The notes under the pieces were generated by a model. That model was not told the DNA's origin. It saw only the letters and a list, made by a program, of their open reading frames with translations, and made no database searches. A stretch of 63,573 nt of DNA, the filler included, from Psammoneis japonica (lineage: Eukaryota): assembly GCA_008632985.1 (NCBI GenBank). It is 5 parts of 5 records of this genome, joined end to end, with 100 filler letters (N's around TTAATTAATTAA, not from the genome) between each part and the next. Parts side by side here need not be neighbours in the genome. Positions count along the whole stretch, not along the records: positions 26,536 to 39,421 come from QPGO01000507.1; positions 39,522 to 51,991 come from QPGO01000508.1; 3 more parts are not named here. One strand, 5' to 3'. Below, piece after piece: positions 38,113 to 51,400 of this stretch. Every line of letters begins with the position of its first letter. Position 1 is the stretch's first letter. Both the position numbers and the translations under genes were made by a program.

Positions 38113-38498
38113 AACGGGTTCCAGCCCCAGGTGGGACTTGTTGTGACATTTGCCCCATGGAATTCTGCGAGCTCTGCAAATTGCACTCTGGTTGATGGAC
38201 ACATTTGTCTTCAACATGAAAAAAACGGCCAAGTTTGTGGCACATCTGTCCATGCAGGTGCTCAAAGTTTTGGACAATGTGCCTGCCCTGCGCCATTCTC
38301 AAGACACTCGAGAATGGCGCAGAAGAAAAAAATGTCAAAAGTTGGTCAATGCATGGCCTGACAATTGCACTGTAAAATCACACAAAATTTTGCCACAACC
38401 CACGTAGAAATGTGCGTGCGCAACATGCGACGCGATTCAAAAAACTGTCAATGTCACAGTTCAGCAGTGCGAGGTCCCACCTGGACCTGGAGCGCGTC
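38113..38498 (+). mobile_element. MITE family A copy inserted in the satellite, TSD TGTC (right half repeated at 38698-38887)
   Basis: TGTC at 38109-38112 and 38499-38502; colinear with 1249-1642. Confidence 0.88.
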
Positions 38499-39421
38499 TG
38501 TCATTTCAAGGAAAACAAACATGTCTTTTGATGGAAAACAAACATGTCGTTTCAAGGAAAACAAACATGTCTTTTCAAGGAAAACAAAAGTGTTGTTTCA
38601 AGGAAAACAAGCACGTCTTTTCAAGGAAAACAAACATGTCGTTTCAAGGAAAACAAACATGTGGTTTCAAAAAAAAACAAACATGTCTTTTCAAGGAGAG
38701 AGAATGGCGTAGAAGAAAAAATGTCAAAAGTTGATCAATGCATGGCCTGACAATTGCGCTGTAAAATCACACAAAATTTCACCACAGTCATGCAGAAATG
38801 TGCATGCGCGACACACGACGAGAATTCAAAAAACTGTCGATGTCACAGTTCAGCAGTGCGAGGTCCCACCTGGACCTGGAACACGTCTGTCGTTTCAAGG
38901 AAAACAAATGTGTGTTTTCAAGGAAAACAAACATGTCGTTTCAAGGAAAACAAACACGCCATTTCAAGGAAAACAAACATGTTGTTTCAAGGAAAACAAA
39001 TGTGTCTTTTCAAGGAAAACAAACATGTGGTTTCAAGGAAAACAAACATGTCGTTTCAAGGAAATCAAACATGCCTTTTCAATGAAAACAAACATGTCGT
39101 TTCAAGGAAAACAAACGTGTGGTTTCAAAGAAAACAAACATGTCTTTTCAAGGAAAACAAACATGTCTTTTCAAGGAAAACAAACATTTCATTTAAAAGA
39201 AAACAAACATGGCTTTTCAATGAAAACAAACATGTTGTTTCAAGGAAAACAAACGTGTCATTTCAAGGAAAACAAACATGTCGTTTCAAGGAAAACAAAC
39301 ATGTCGTTTCAAGGAAAACAAACATGCTTTCAAGAAAACAAACATGTTGTTTCAAGGAAAACAAATGTGTCTTTTCAAGGAAAACAAACATGTCATTCAA
39401 GGAAAACAAACATGTCGTTTC

Positions 39422-39521
39422 NNNNNNNNNNNNNNNNNNNNNNNNNNNNNNNNNNNNNNNNNNNNTTAATTAATTAANNNNNNNNNNNNNNNNNNNNNNN
39501 NNNNNNNNNNNNNNNNNNNNN
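39422..39521. other. assembly spacer
   Basis: N44-TTAATTAATTAA-N44. Confidence 0.98.
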
Positions 39522-40082
39522 TTTTTTTTGCCACTGCTTTCATCCATGGCATCACCGCTGTTTTCAGGTCAAAAGTCCATTGTGGCATCTTGCTCAGGCA
39601 GCTGCAAGGTTTTAGAAAGTTTGACACAGGGGATGTGAGACAGCTGGCCATGTGCAGTTGGCATCATTGTTGAAATGTGCGCCACTGCCAATGCCAGCAT
39701 TTGTTTCTGATGCACCAGCAGGAGTGTCGCCAGACTCAGATCACTGTGGGCTGTGCCGTTTGATGCTGTTGCCTCCGCGTCCATTCCTTCCGGAGCCAAT
39801 GGATCCAAGGGAGTCACTTGCATGTTGAGGATTGACTCCACAAACAAAAAAAACATGCAAAACAGTGTGAGATTGTTGGCTGAGTGCATTTGGGATCTGC
39901 ATTGATGTGTGCATGCACTGTGGTTGGATGCCAGCATCTGCGCGCACATTCTTTCTGGTGGAGCTGGTGCATCAGAATGATGGGAGGCATTTTGGGTTGA
40001 ATCCATTGAAATGTTGAGTGGTGGTGATGGTGGATGCTTGCCAGCAGCAAAAGTCTCTTCCAGAACCTTGAGAATCACTTGT

Positions 40083-40344
40083 GGCCTGTTCCAGCTCCAG
40101 GTGATCTGCACGGGTTCGATTCCCATCATTTGCCAATTTTTGCATTCAGTGCATTAAACTTTTTCAAAATCCATTGTTTGCCAAATCGAAGGGCAAGTGT
40201 GCACTTTGCATGTGTTTTTGGGTGTGCACTCACCTTTTGATTTTTGAAACAATCAAAATTGAAGGAGTTTAATGCGCTAAACTGTGCAGAAAATCAGCCT
40301 CTTGCGTGATGGATTTCTGATCACCTGGGGCTGGGGAACAGGCC
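40083..40344 (+). mobile_element. MITE family B copy, TSD TTGT
   Basis: Colinear with 36086-36345; TTGT at 40079-40082 and 40345-40348. Confidence 0.88.
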
Positions 40345-41859
40345 TTGTGGAGTTGGACTCATCTCCCACCAACAAAAAGCCAGCAATGTTGGCATTTGTC
40401 TCTGTGGCCCTGGCTCATTCCTGCTTCAACTGCTCCAGTTTCTTCTCTGTTTTTGCAACACCTGTGTTGTTGAAGGTCTTCAGGATTGTCCACCCCCTGT
40501 CAACAGATGGTGCAGAAAGGTGGGGCTCAATCAAATGCCGTGCAGATGATGAAATCACTCCAAACATGCTTCCTCCTGATTTTGTCACAAACATCAGAGT
40601 TGATGGATTTGAATGTCTGGCAACGCAACACCCCCAGTGTGCTCAGCATTTTGTTGCCATCATTGATCATGTGTGAAAGGCTCCATGATTTTGTGCACAG
40701 AATCTGAAAATTCACAATGACAACCATCCATGTTGCCTGATCCAGTGTCAGCATTTGTGAGTTCAACCCAAAACAGGTGTGGCACTTTGATGAGCACATT
40801 CCTTGAGCATCGCAACTCTCTGTTGCTCCAGCATCATGAGTGCTTTCCTCACCCCTGCATGCTTTGACATGGCTGCTCCATTTGGGCTCACTTCTCGATC
40901 CAACAAAGTTGGCCAAAAACCCCAGGATTGTCCAAAAACCCCAGGATCATCCTTCAACACCCGTTGCTCTGCTGCTGAGCATCATCATGTGGTGCATGGT
41001 TTCTGTCCTTTCCTTTCCTTCCTTCAGCTGTTCAGCTGTGTTTGCCTTCCTCCAGAGTTCAAGGTGGGACATGCTCTTGCTGCATGTTCATTGTTTGTCT
41101 TGCCATCATTCTGAGTGGAGTGCAGTCCCTTGTGATCTTGGGCTGGGCCACAGCCTCTGCATCTCTAGCTTGTTGGTGCTCTTCCAGGTCTTTTGTCAAG
41201 TGAACAATCAACAAGAACATCATTGTGTTGGGCATGCTGCTGTTTGTTGGACGGTGTTTTTTGTGCTTTGTCAAGAGATCCTGCACAGAGTCTAAAATGT
41301 GCCATTTGTGTTGGAGAAGCATCCCAAATCCAAGCCATCATGAGTGGCAATGAGAGCCTTCCTTGAGGACAGATCTGTGCTCTGCAGCAGTCTAATTTGA
41401 AATGGCTCACATTTCTCATGCTTCGCTGCAACATTTTGACCAGCCTCAGAGCACCCCAAGCACTCGCACATTCATCAAGCCCTGCACATTTGAAAAGATT
41501 CAAAAGCTGCTTGTTGGCCTGTGTGCCCACAAATGTGCATGGCATGAACCGCTGCAACAACACACATGATTGTCATTTTTTTGTTCAACCAGACATTTTG
41601 CCTTGCAATGCAATCTGCATGTGTCAAGATCAACATTGTTCAAAAATCAACAAACTTGTTCATTCGTTGTTGGATCTTTCTTTTTTCCATTGATTTCAAA
41701 AACTTGAAAAATGTGTCTTCATTTCCATTGTTTTGTCTGTCTTCTGGTTGTGGAAAATTCAATCATTTTATTTGCACATCTTTGCACATTCAGCCAAGTG
41801 CAAAAACCAACATCATGATGTGCAAGCAAAGCAGGCTTTGGTCAATTTATGAAAACCAG

Positions 41860-42470
41860 TGGTGGATGAGTGTTGCAAAGCTCCTCTGGTGCAGTTGTGC
41901 CCCTCCCCCCCCCAGTCACTTCGCTCACACCAGAGTGAGAGTTAAAATGTCCAGCTCCAGAGTGAAGCAAGGAAGAACACCCCCCCTGCTGGCAACAGCA
42001 CTCACTCACCCAACAACTGCAGCCTGAGGTTGGGGGGCATTGCCAGTCTCTGGCGGCACCCAGGAAACACTGTGAGAATGGTGGTTGAGTGTTGCAAGGC
42101 TCACCTGGTGCAGTTGTGCCCCCCCAGTCACTTCATCCATGCCAAGTGAGAGTTGAAATTCCCAACTCCAGCATGAAAAAACACCCTGCCTGATGCCGCC
42201 AACCAACACAAAAACAACTGCAAGCACTGAGTTCACTGAGGGTCTCCTTTGGTGGAACCCAGGGAACACTTTGAGAGTGGTCGCAGAGTGTTGTGAGGTC
42301 CACCCAGCACAGTTGTTTGTGCCCCCCAGCCACTTCACCCAAGCCAGGATGAGAGTTGAAATTCCCAGCTCCAGAGCTGCTGTGGGCCAAGGGTCTCTGG
42401 TGGAACCCAGGGAACATGGGGTGAGAATGGTGGCTGAGAGTTGCAAAGCTCACCCATGGCACAGCTGTGC
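41860..42470. repeat. about 3.3 degenerate tandem units of 150-220 bp
   Basis: GAGTGTTGCAARGCTC...CCCCCAGTCACTTC...GAGAGTTGAAATTCCCAGCTCCAG recurs at about 41861, 42080, 42278 and 42428. Confidence 0.75.
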
Positions 42471-45177
42471 TGGCCTTCCCAAATTGTTTTTAACTGCTGG
42501 GGCCAAGCACTGCTGTTGATTGACAACAGATGCTGTGGATTGAAGATGACGTGTTTGTGTTGTGTGCATGATGCACACACACCATGTTGTCACCAGCACA
42601 TGTTGTTTCCAATGAACAGTGCGGTGTGTTCACGCATGTCATCCACAACAGCAGCAGCAACAACACATCAAAGCCACAAGTTGACTGTTGTCAATGGTGC
42701 TCAAGAATGAGAAAGATTGAAGTCTGCATCAAAATCATTCAAACCATGGAGATGAGGGGACAGGGGATGCTGTCAAAACTCTCAAGTTGTGCTGTTGCTG
42801 TCACCAACCCCTGGAGCAATGTTGACAGCCAACTCCATTGCTGCCATGATGACACACCTGGTTTCCATTGCAACATGCCATGCACTCTCACAGTTGCCTG
42901 CATGACAAGGCTGGTTGGATGGCCCTGGCTGGAACTGCTTCCCATGGTTTGCACTGGATGTCAACTGCACATCACCCACCAATGTCAGAACAAGAGCAGT
43001 TGAAAAGATGATTTTGCACAAAGCAGACAGGCAGACTCAGACCACCAAAGACAATGTCTCACTTTCTTGTGTGGATGACTTCCATTGGTCAATTTGCAGT
43101 CAAATTTCAAAACCAAGGAAAATTCCATCCATCCCTGCTGTGTTCATGGCCTTGTCTGGGAAAATGCCACTGGCTGTTTTGGAATTTGCCAAGCTGTGGA
43201 AAGAGTGAGACGTGGCACACTGTCATCCATGACTTCACTGTAAAATCTCCCAAGACCATCCTGTTCACTTTGAACCAACTCAACAACAAGAAGAAAGCAA
43301 ATGTTTCACAGAGTGCCAAATTCATTTTTCCTTCTGCAAGTCATGAGGACTTGAGAAGCCAAATTCAAAAGTTGCTGTTGCTTCAAGAGTGCCCCTTTTC
43401 CCAATGCTTGTGGCAAAAGCAATTGTCTCGTGGACCCACTGGAATGAGCCGAGCCATTTTCAAAGCCAAGGCTCAGCAAATGCTCAAAGACAAGCCAAGT
43501 CATGGTGTTGAGTTGCTTCTTGTCTTTTGACTTCATCGTGCCTTGGCCAATGGTGTTTCCGTTGCTGCAGCCATGATGGACTTGTGTGATGAAGCAGACC
43601 AAGTTCATGATTGCATCAAGGAGAAACTAAAAAAAAGTTAAAAAAGTCGTCCTTGTTGTGGAGTGGCTCTTGAAGAAGCTCAAAATGCTTTTTGAGCTCT
43701 CACCGGGCTTGATTTGTGCCGTTGCCCATCCGTTTTGCTTGTTTTGGCATCATGGGGTGAGTTCATTTGTCATGATCAAGGCAAACTTGCTGCTGGTGGA
43801 GCTTGGTCAGTCCATCTCATGGTGTGACATGGGCTCTCATTGACCAAGTCAAGCAAGTGGCCAAACACTTTGGATCGAAAATGACAGTCAATGATGCAAT
43901 TGATGCCTGCACTTCATGTGCTGTGTCGCGGCAATTGAGGCACCACCAAGAAATGATTGGTGCTCTTCAACAAGAAGACAAGAAACCAGCTCTGCCCAAG
44001 GACGCCCTGGATCATGCCAATGTTGCCATTCCAGCTCATTTGGCAGGTGGGGTCTTGTTGCCTGGTGAGTCCATGGGCAACAACGTTGGTGCATTTGTGG
44101 ATGTCGTGCACCATCAAGAGCCAAGCAACCAACAACAACAAGCAACACTTCTTGTGCAACAAGCCGGCACCTTGAGCAGGTTCTTCACAAGGTCTTGTGC
44201 AAAATCAAAAGGACTCCAGCTCTGCTGCTTTTCTGTGTGTTTGCCAAATTTTGTTTGTCCGCAATTCCTTTTGACATTGCACAGCATTTGTTTCAAAGTG
44301 CAAATGCTGGTGCTTCGTTTGTCATGTCCAACACTGGGCAAGGAGGTTTGCCTGCTGCAAAGCTGCATGTTTGGTGGGTGGACGTCTGACTGAGTGTCAG
44401 CAGTGAGGAAAAAAGACAAAAACTCCTCAGCCACAATTGCACTCAAGTGCCTCATGACAGGATTTGAACAAAATTTCAGTTTGTCACACACAATTGTGTG
44501 TGCTCTCAGTTCCACGCGCAATGAGCAACGCAGTTTGCTTTTGAGCCACATGGTTCACAAACATCACGACACCAGTCTTTTGGCTCCTGCAGCGGTCTCT
44601 GCACGGAGACTCATCTGCTGTTTGGACAGCAGCGAGGAGCCATTGTTTTCTTCCACCCCAGTTGTCTTCATTTTCTGTTAGATTGGCAGTCTCGCTCATG
44701 ATCAACCATTGAGCATTCATCATCGTCATCAAGATTTTTCAATGACGCTGTCATTGCAACATGTGTCCTTGGCACTGGTTCCAGGCACGTGGGCGGATTC
44801 ACACACCCAACACGCTGGGTTGTCATTTTTCTGTGGAAAATCCCACTGAAATCTCCCACGCAGTTCTACATGCGAGCACTGCAATGGTGGAAGTGCATTC
44901 CAAGATTTCTCATTGCTGAACACACATGTGCATCCAACGGACATTTGTCAAGACAGGGGTTCCAACGGACATTTGTCAAGTCAGGAATTCTGGCATTCAC
45001 CAACCATTGAGATTCCAGATTCCCTGCATTGGTTCTGCACTCAGCCACCAACTGCTGGGATTCCGGATTCCCCACAGCGGATTCTACCCTGGTTGGCAGA
45101 CAGACCAATCCATCCGCACGCGTTCACGTGCACACCACATGACCGTCAGACTCTGGCCCTGCTTCAAGCATGCCACC

Positions 45178-47640
45178 ATGGCTCTCACCAGGCAGCAACA
45201 AACTGATGGCTTTGAGCACACCTCAGGCACTGTTCTGAACCAAGCTACAGACAGTCTTTTGTGCTCTGCCCTCAACCTCGATGGAACCGATTCCTGCCAA
45301 GATCTCTTCACTTTTACTCCAACGCAACTGGATGCCCTGGTTTACAACAACAGCACCAATCAAACGCCTTTGCCACATCGTCACAAAGCACAGATGGCTG
45401 CATTGATTGGTTTGCACACAGCAAAAGCGCACGACGGTGCTGATGTTGGCAACGACCCCACCTTGTTCACACATGAAGAGTTTGCTGACTGTCATCTTAG
45501 TCCTGAGTGCGCAGCGTCTCTCTCCATGGGCACAGTGCCATCTGCTCCCACTCCTGGTTCATTGTCCCCAAAACCATGTGACTCCATGCGTGACTTCAAA
45601 CAAGGCATCAAACGCGATCCACTTGCCTTTGCAACTCTCAAGTCCAACAAGCAGTTGCACACGTGGAACACCTCCATTCTCTTGCAGGCCCATTCTCAGG
45701 ACGTCGATTGCATCCTCAACCCTCAGCACAAGCCTTCCATGAATGGGGACAAGGTTTTGTTCAAGGAACAACAGAAGCACATGTTTGCCATCTTCGATCG
45801 CATTTTGCAGAATGACAAAGGCAAGGCCCTCGTTTGTGAGCATGTTGACTCACATGATGCACAGCAAGTGCACAAGGAACTTTCTGAGTGCTCATCACTC
45901 ACATCGTCAACTCTTCTCACCTGCGTCACCACCACCCATCTTGGTGATGGCACCTGGAAGGGCTCTGCCCAAGCCTTCATGCTTCACTGGCAAGACCAAC
46001 TCCGCAAGTGTGTGAAGCTCTTGTCCCAAAGACGGGTCGATTCTCTGAAGGACAGAAGCGTGTCATGCTGAAGAACACCGTCCACCCTGTCAAAGAACTT
46101 TGTTCCATCAAGAGCCAAGCTGATCAGCATCACACACAGAATGGCAAGAGCCTCACCTGTGAACAATGTTGTGTGCTGCTGCTCTCTGTGGCTGCACAGT
46201 GCTGCAGCACATTTGTCCCCAAGACAGCCTCCCGTGCACCACGCCATGCCATCTGTGCCCATTGCCTGGCACCCAACAACCCTGATGATGACGTGTTCTT
46301 CAACATTGACAGTGGCGTTGATGTCATTCAGGCTCATGCCAGACGCGTTCCAGCTCTGGGTGGGACCTCGCACTGCTGAACTGTGACATCGACAGTTTTT
46401 TGGATCGCATCGCATGTCACGCACGTAGAAAGGCACATGATTTTTTTGAAATTTTGGGTCATTTTGTGGTGCACTTGTTGAGCGATCCGTCCAACAACTT
46501 TTGACATTTTTTGTTACAGCACAATTCTACAATGTCTTAAAAATCGCACAGGGCAGGCGTGTTTGCAACAACGTCAAGTGGTGAGAGGCACAATTGCACC
46601 ATAAACTTGGTCGCATGTTTGATGTTGAAGACAAACACATGCATTGATTAAATTCTTGCACTGCGGAGCTTGCACGTAGAATTCTGTGGGCCCAATGTCA
46701 CACAGAGTCCCACCCAGGACTGGAACCCATCTCTTGCTCAGTCCTTCACCAAGGAACAGCGGCGCTGCATTCCGCCGGATCACCAGCACATCTGGGACAG
46801 CAGCTCTAGGTGGGACCTTGCACTGCTGAACTGTGACATCGATGGTTTTTTGGATCGCGTTGCATGTCGCGCACGTAGAAAGGCACATGATTTTTTTGAA
46901 ATTTTGGGTCATTTTGTGGCACGCTTGTTGAGCGATCCGTCCAACAACTTTTGACATTTTTTGTTACAGCGCAATTCTACAATGTCTTAAAAATTGCACA
47001 GGGCAGGCGTGTTTGCAAAAACGTCAAGTGGCAAGAGGCACAATTGCACCACAAACTTGGTCGTGTGTTTGATGTTGAAGACAAATGCATCCATTGGTTA
47101 AATTCTTGTGCTGCAGAGCTCGCACGTAGAATTCTGTGGGCCCAATGTCACACGGAGTCCCACCCAGGACTGGAACCCATCTCGTGCTCCCTCCCTCACC
47201 AAGGAACAGCGGCGCTGCATTCTGCCAGATCACCAGCGCATCTGGGACAGCCTGCCTCAGTCCACCAAAGCCATCATTCTTGGATCGCACACTCCCTGTT
47301 CCAGCAACTGCCACTTGTCGGAAGCTGTCGGCCTCCACGACCTTCATCTTGGAAGCAATGGTGGTGTTGATTTGCTTGCCAACACTTGTGATGTTGCCTC
47401 GGCCGCAGCACCACCCACCGATGCAAGCACACGGCATCACGACAGACACGGGGTTGAAAAGTGAAAAAACAGTGCAGTGGCTGCTCAAACAACACAAAGC
47501 TCACCTGTGAATGGGAACAGAGCCACAGAGACCCAAATGAAGGCTCTCATGGTTGTTCCCCAATGTTCCCACACCATCTGCCTTCTGCAGGCAGGATGCG
47601 AAAGAAATCATTCCAAATCGGCAATCGGCGCCACCAAGTC
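45178..47640 (+). mobile_element. CoDi-type (diatom Ty1/Copia) gag region, decayed and interrupted by MITE A
   Basis: DFKQGIKRD, LFKEQQKHMFAIF, LQNDKGKALV, DAQQVHKEL and LGDGTWKGSAQAFMLHWQDQLR resemble diatom Copia Gag; 3' limit approximate. Confidence 0.8.
46342..47250 (-). mobile_element. MITE A (46342-46731) plus a 450-bp tandem duplication (46351-46800 / 46801-47250) giving a second copy
   Basis: Exact 450-bp period covering the MITE and about 70 bp of gag. Confidence 0.88.
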
Positions 47641-48460
47641 AAAAACAAAGCTCAAATCGACACCCAACTAACATGAACGCTCCCTCTGGATGCTGACAGC
47701 AACAAAGAGCACCAATTGTAAGTTGCTCTTGCCGCACTTGGGATGTGTCATCTGCTGCACCGGGCGGCGGAACCAACAAGCACGTGACATGGCACATGGC
47801 GACAGCAACAGGAGGTGAGAAGGGAAGAAGGAGATTGTGACGCACTGCCTTTTCCATTTTCAGGGACATGGTCCTCACCTGGTGAATGGAAATGCAAGAA
47901 ATGAAAGGCGTCGCTGTCAGAACAGGAACTGCTTGCCACGCGAGTGTCATGGCCTTTTGTCCTCCGTTTCTGTTTGCACTGATGTGGATGAATCCCATGC
48001 AGTTGTTGTCGCTCATTTGTCCGTTGAATGATGTGGTGCAACACTGAAACCCATTCAATGTTTCCAATGCATCTTTTTGCTGTTTTTTTCAATGCAAGCA
48101 GTGAGAAAGCACACACACATCCAACTGACCTGAAATTTTTATGTGCGACATTAAAGATTGAACAGGTGCATAAAAATTTTGTTGAAACCGGCAAAAAAAG
48201 GAGCTCTTAACTTGTGGCACAATTCAATGTCCAAAAACACAGTGCATCCTCAAAAACGTTGACATGGGTGCTGATGATTTTGCTGGGGGGGCGCTGTGTT
48301 TGCTTGTTCCCCCCCCCCATGAAATTCAACCTCATTTAAGCACCTGTGACATCCCCCCCCCCCCCCCCCAAAAAACTCCATGGAAGTGTCTGTCGTCATT
48401 GCGCGCCACATTTTTTCACTTTTTTCTGGCATGCTCCTTGCAAGAATGACCCTCATTGTT

Positions 48461-51400
48461 GTTGCAGGTGTGCACTTCATGCTTCATCGACACCTTTCCT
48501 TTCCAACAGGGGTTTGTCAAGAGCCCCTTTGCACTCTCATTGCTGTGCCTGCGCTTGAAACAATGGGGCCAAAAAGCCAGTTGAGTCCTTCGCGACTGAA
48601 GAAGTTGAAGCAAAGTGCGTCTAGGCCGACGCCCCACCCCTTGAACAAGCACACAAAAGAGGGTGAAGTGGAGTGACGTAGAAAGCAAAAGGAAATTGAC
48701 GAAGCTGACAAATTCAAATTCAGGTGCAATCAACACAAGAACAGCAAGAAGGTTCGTGAAAAAGTCACAACTCGAGTTGACTTTGGAAAAAATGTGCAAA
48801 CGGCGTGTCAAAGGACCGGGTTGCAAGAAGGGTCATGATGACACGTGCCACAAGAATCCAAATGCTTCCAATTGCAAGCCGCCAGAGAAAAGTGCAGTTC
48901 AGGTTTTGAAAGAGGTGCAGCCAGATTTCCTTCTAGCACTGCCACAAGATTGCAGAAACAATCTTGTTGCGAGGAGCCTTTTGGAGAGATCTGTTTTTTC
49001 TGTGTGGCAGAGAAGTGCAGAAAGTGCACAAGAAGCATTTTTCAACATGTCGGAGTCCTTGACAGATTCCAATCCATCCATCAACAACAATGAATCAGTT
49101 GGGAATGCTCCCAGCAGCGTTGAATCCAAGGACGCATTGAAGCCATTGCCACACAAGAAAATGACTGCGTCGCATTTAAAAAAAGTGATGCCTGCCGTGA
49201 TGTCAACGTGGAGCCCCAGCAAAAAAGAGCAACTTGCTCAAGACAACATAAAAAACTCTGCAGAAGTGTCTGTCATCGTTGCGCACCACATTTTTTCACT
49301 TTTTTCTGGCGTGCTCCTTGTGAGAACGACCCTCATTGTCGACGTGTTCCAGTCCCAGGTGATGCACAAAACAACAATCGATTTTGAACATGAGTTGTGC
49401 ATCCTTTAGTGTGTGGAGCATTTTCATGTAAAATGCTTGAGCGGATTGGCTTTTGTGGGCGTCCAGAGCACAAACATTTGAACATTTTTTTGTTCGGCAT
49501 TCAAGTCCTCATGGAACATGCATCACAAACTTCCTCAGTGGACTCAACACTGACTGCACATCAGTGCATTTTATGCTGAGATTTCTCTGCAGGTAGAAAA
49601 CCTGCCAAGCAGCATTGCAGGAAGACACATTTGGGCAACATCCAAACAATGGCAACAATTTCGCCGAAAATCATCTGTTGTGTTGCGACTCCATTGTCGC
49701 AATGAAAAACACACATGGCACAATGACAATGATGTTGCAACACTCACACGAGTCTTGTCAGTGTTGCAAAACATTTGTGTTTGGACAAATCTGTGCGTTT
49801 GGTGGTGAAAGTTCAATCGCAAGTCAGAGACCGCGCGAAAATCACGCAAATGTCATTTTTGTGCATGATTTGGGTCATGTGCAGCTGGAACACGTCTGTC
49901 GTTGCAGGTGTGCACTTCACACTTCATCGACACCTTTCCTTTCCAACAGGGGTTTGTCAAGAGCCCCTTTGCACTCTCATTGCTGTGCCTGCGCAAGTGC
50001 GTTGAGGCCGACGCCCCACCCCTTGAACAAGCACACAAAAGAGGGTGAAGCGGAGCAACGTAGAAAGCAAAAGGAAATTGACGAAGCTGACAAATTCAAA
50101 TTCATGTGCAATCAACACAAGAACAGCAAGAAGGTTCGTGAAAAAGTCACAACTCGAGTTGACTTTGGAACAAAAACGTGCAAACGGTGTGTCAAAGGAC
50201 CAGGTTGCAAGAAGGGTCATGATGACACGTGCCACAAGAATCCAAATGCTTCCAATTGCAAGCCACCGGAGAAAAGTGCAGTTCAGGTTTTGAAAGAGGT
50301 GCAGCCAGATTTCCTTCTAGCACTGCCACAAGATTGCAGAAACAATCTTGTTGCAAGGAGCCTTTTGGAGAGATCTGTTTTTTCTGTGTGGCAGAGAAGT
50401 GCAGAAAGTGCACAAGAAGCATTTTTCAACATGTCGGAGTCCTTGACAGATTCTAATCCATCCATCAACAACAATGAATCAGCTGGGAATGCTCCCAGCA
50501 GCGTTGAATCCAAGGACGCATTGAAGCCATTGCCACACAAGAAAATGACTGCGTCGCATTTAAAAAAAGTGATGCCTGCCGTGATGTCAACGTGGAGCCC
50601 CAGCAAAAAAGAGCAACTTGCTCAAGACAACACAAAAAACTCCGTAGAAGTGTCTTTCGTCATTGCGCACCACATTTTTCACTTTTTTCTGGCGCGCTCC
50701 TTGTGAGAACGACCCTCATTGTCGACGTGTTCCAGTCCCAGGTGATGCACAAAACGACAATCAATTTTGAACATAAATTGTGCATCCTTTAGTGTGTGGA
50801 GCATTTTCATGTAAAATGCTTGAGCGGATTGGCTTTTGTGGGCGTCTGGAGCACAAACATTTAAACATTTTTTTGTTTGGCATTCAAGTCCTCATGGAAC
50901 ATGCATCACAAACTTCCTCAGTCGTCAGTGCATTTTATGCTGAGATTTCTCTGCAGGTAGAAAACCTGCCAAGCAGCATTGCAGGAAGACACATTTGGCA
51001 ACATCCAAACAACGGCAACAATTTTGCCGAAAATCATCCGTTGTGTTGCGACTCCATTGTCGCAATGAAAAACACAGATGGCACAATGACAATGATGTTG
51101 CAACACTCACACGAGTCTTGTTGGTGTTGCAAAACATTTGTGTTTGGACAAATCCATGCTTTTGGTGGTGAAAGTTTGATCGCAAGTCAGAGACCGTGCA
51201 AAAATCGCGCAAATGTTGTTTTTGTGCATGATTTGGGTCATGTGCAGCTGGAACACGTCTGTCGTTGCAGGTGTGCACTTCACACTTCGTCGACACCTTT
51301 CCTTTCCAACAGGGGTTTGTCAAGAGCCCCCTTTGCACTCTCATTGCTGTGCCTGCGCTTGAAACAATGGGGCCAAAAAGCCAGTCGAGTCCTTTGCAAC

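Larger units (their letters stand above)
36810..39421 (+). repeat. 23-bp satellite arrays interleaved with MITE A copies
   Basis: Arrays at 36810-37491, 38031-38112, 38499-38696 and 38889-39421. Confidence 0.93.

Noticed and set aside
26536..39421. CRISPR array, or long repetitive proteins (e.g. the 495- and 526-aa ORFs)
   Set aside because: The 23-bp units are directly tandem with no spacers or cas genes; the ORFs are read-through of a stop-poor satellite
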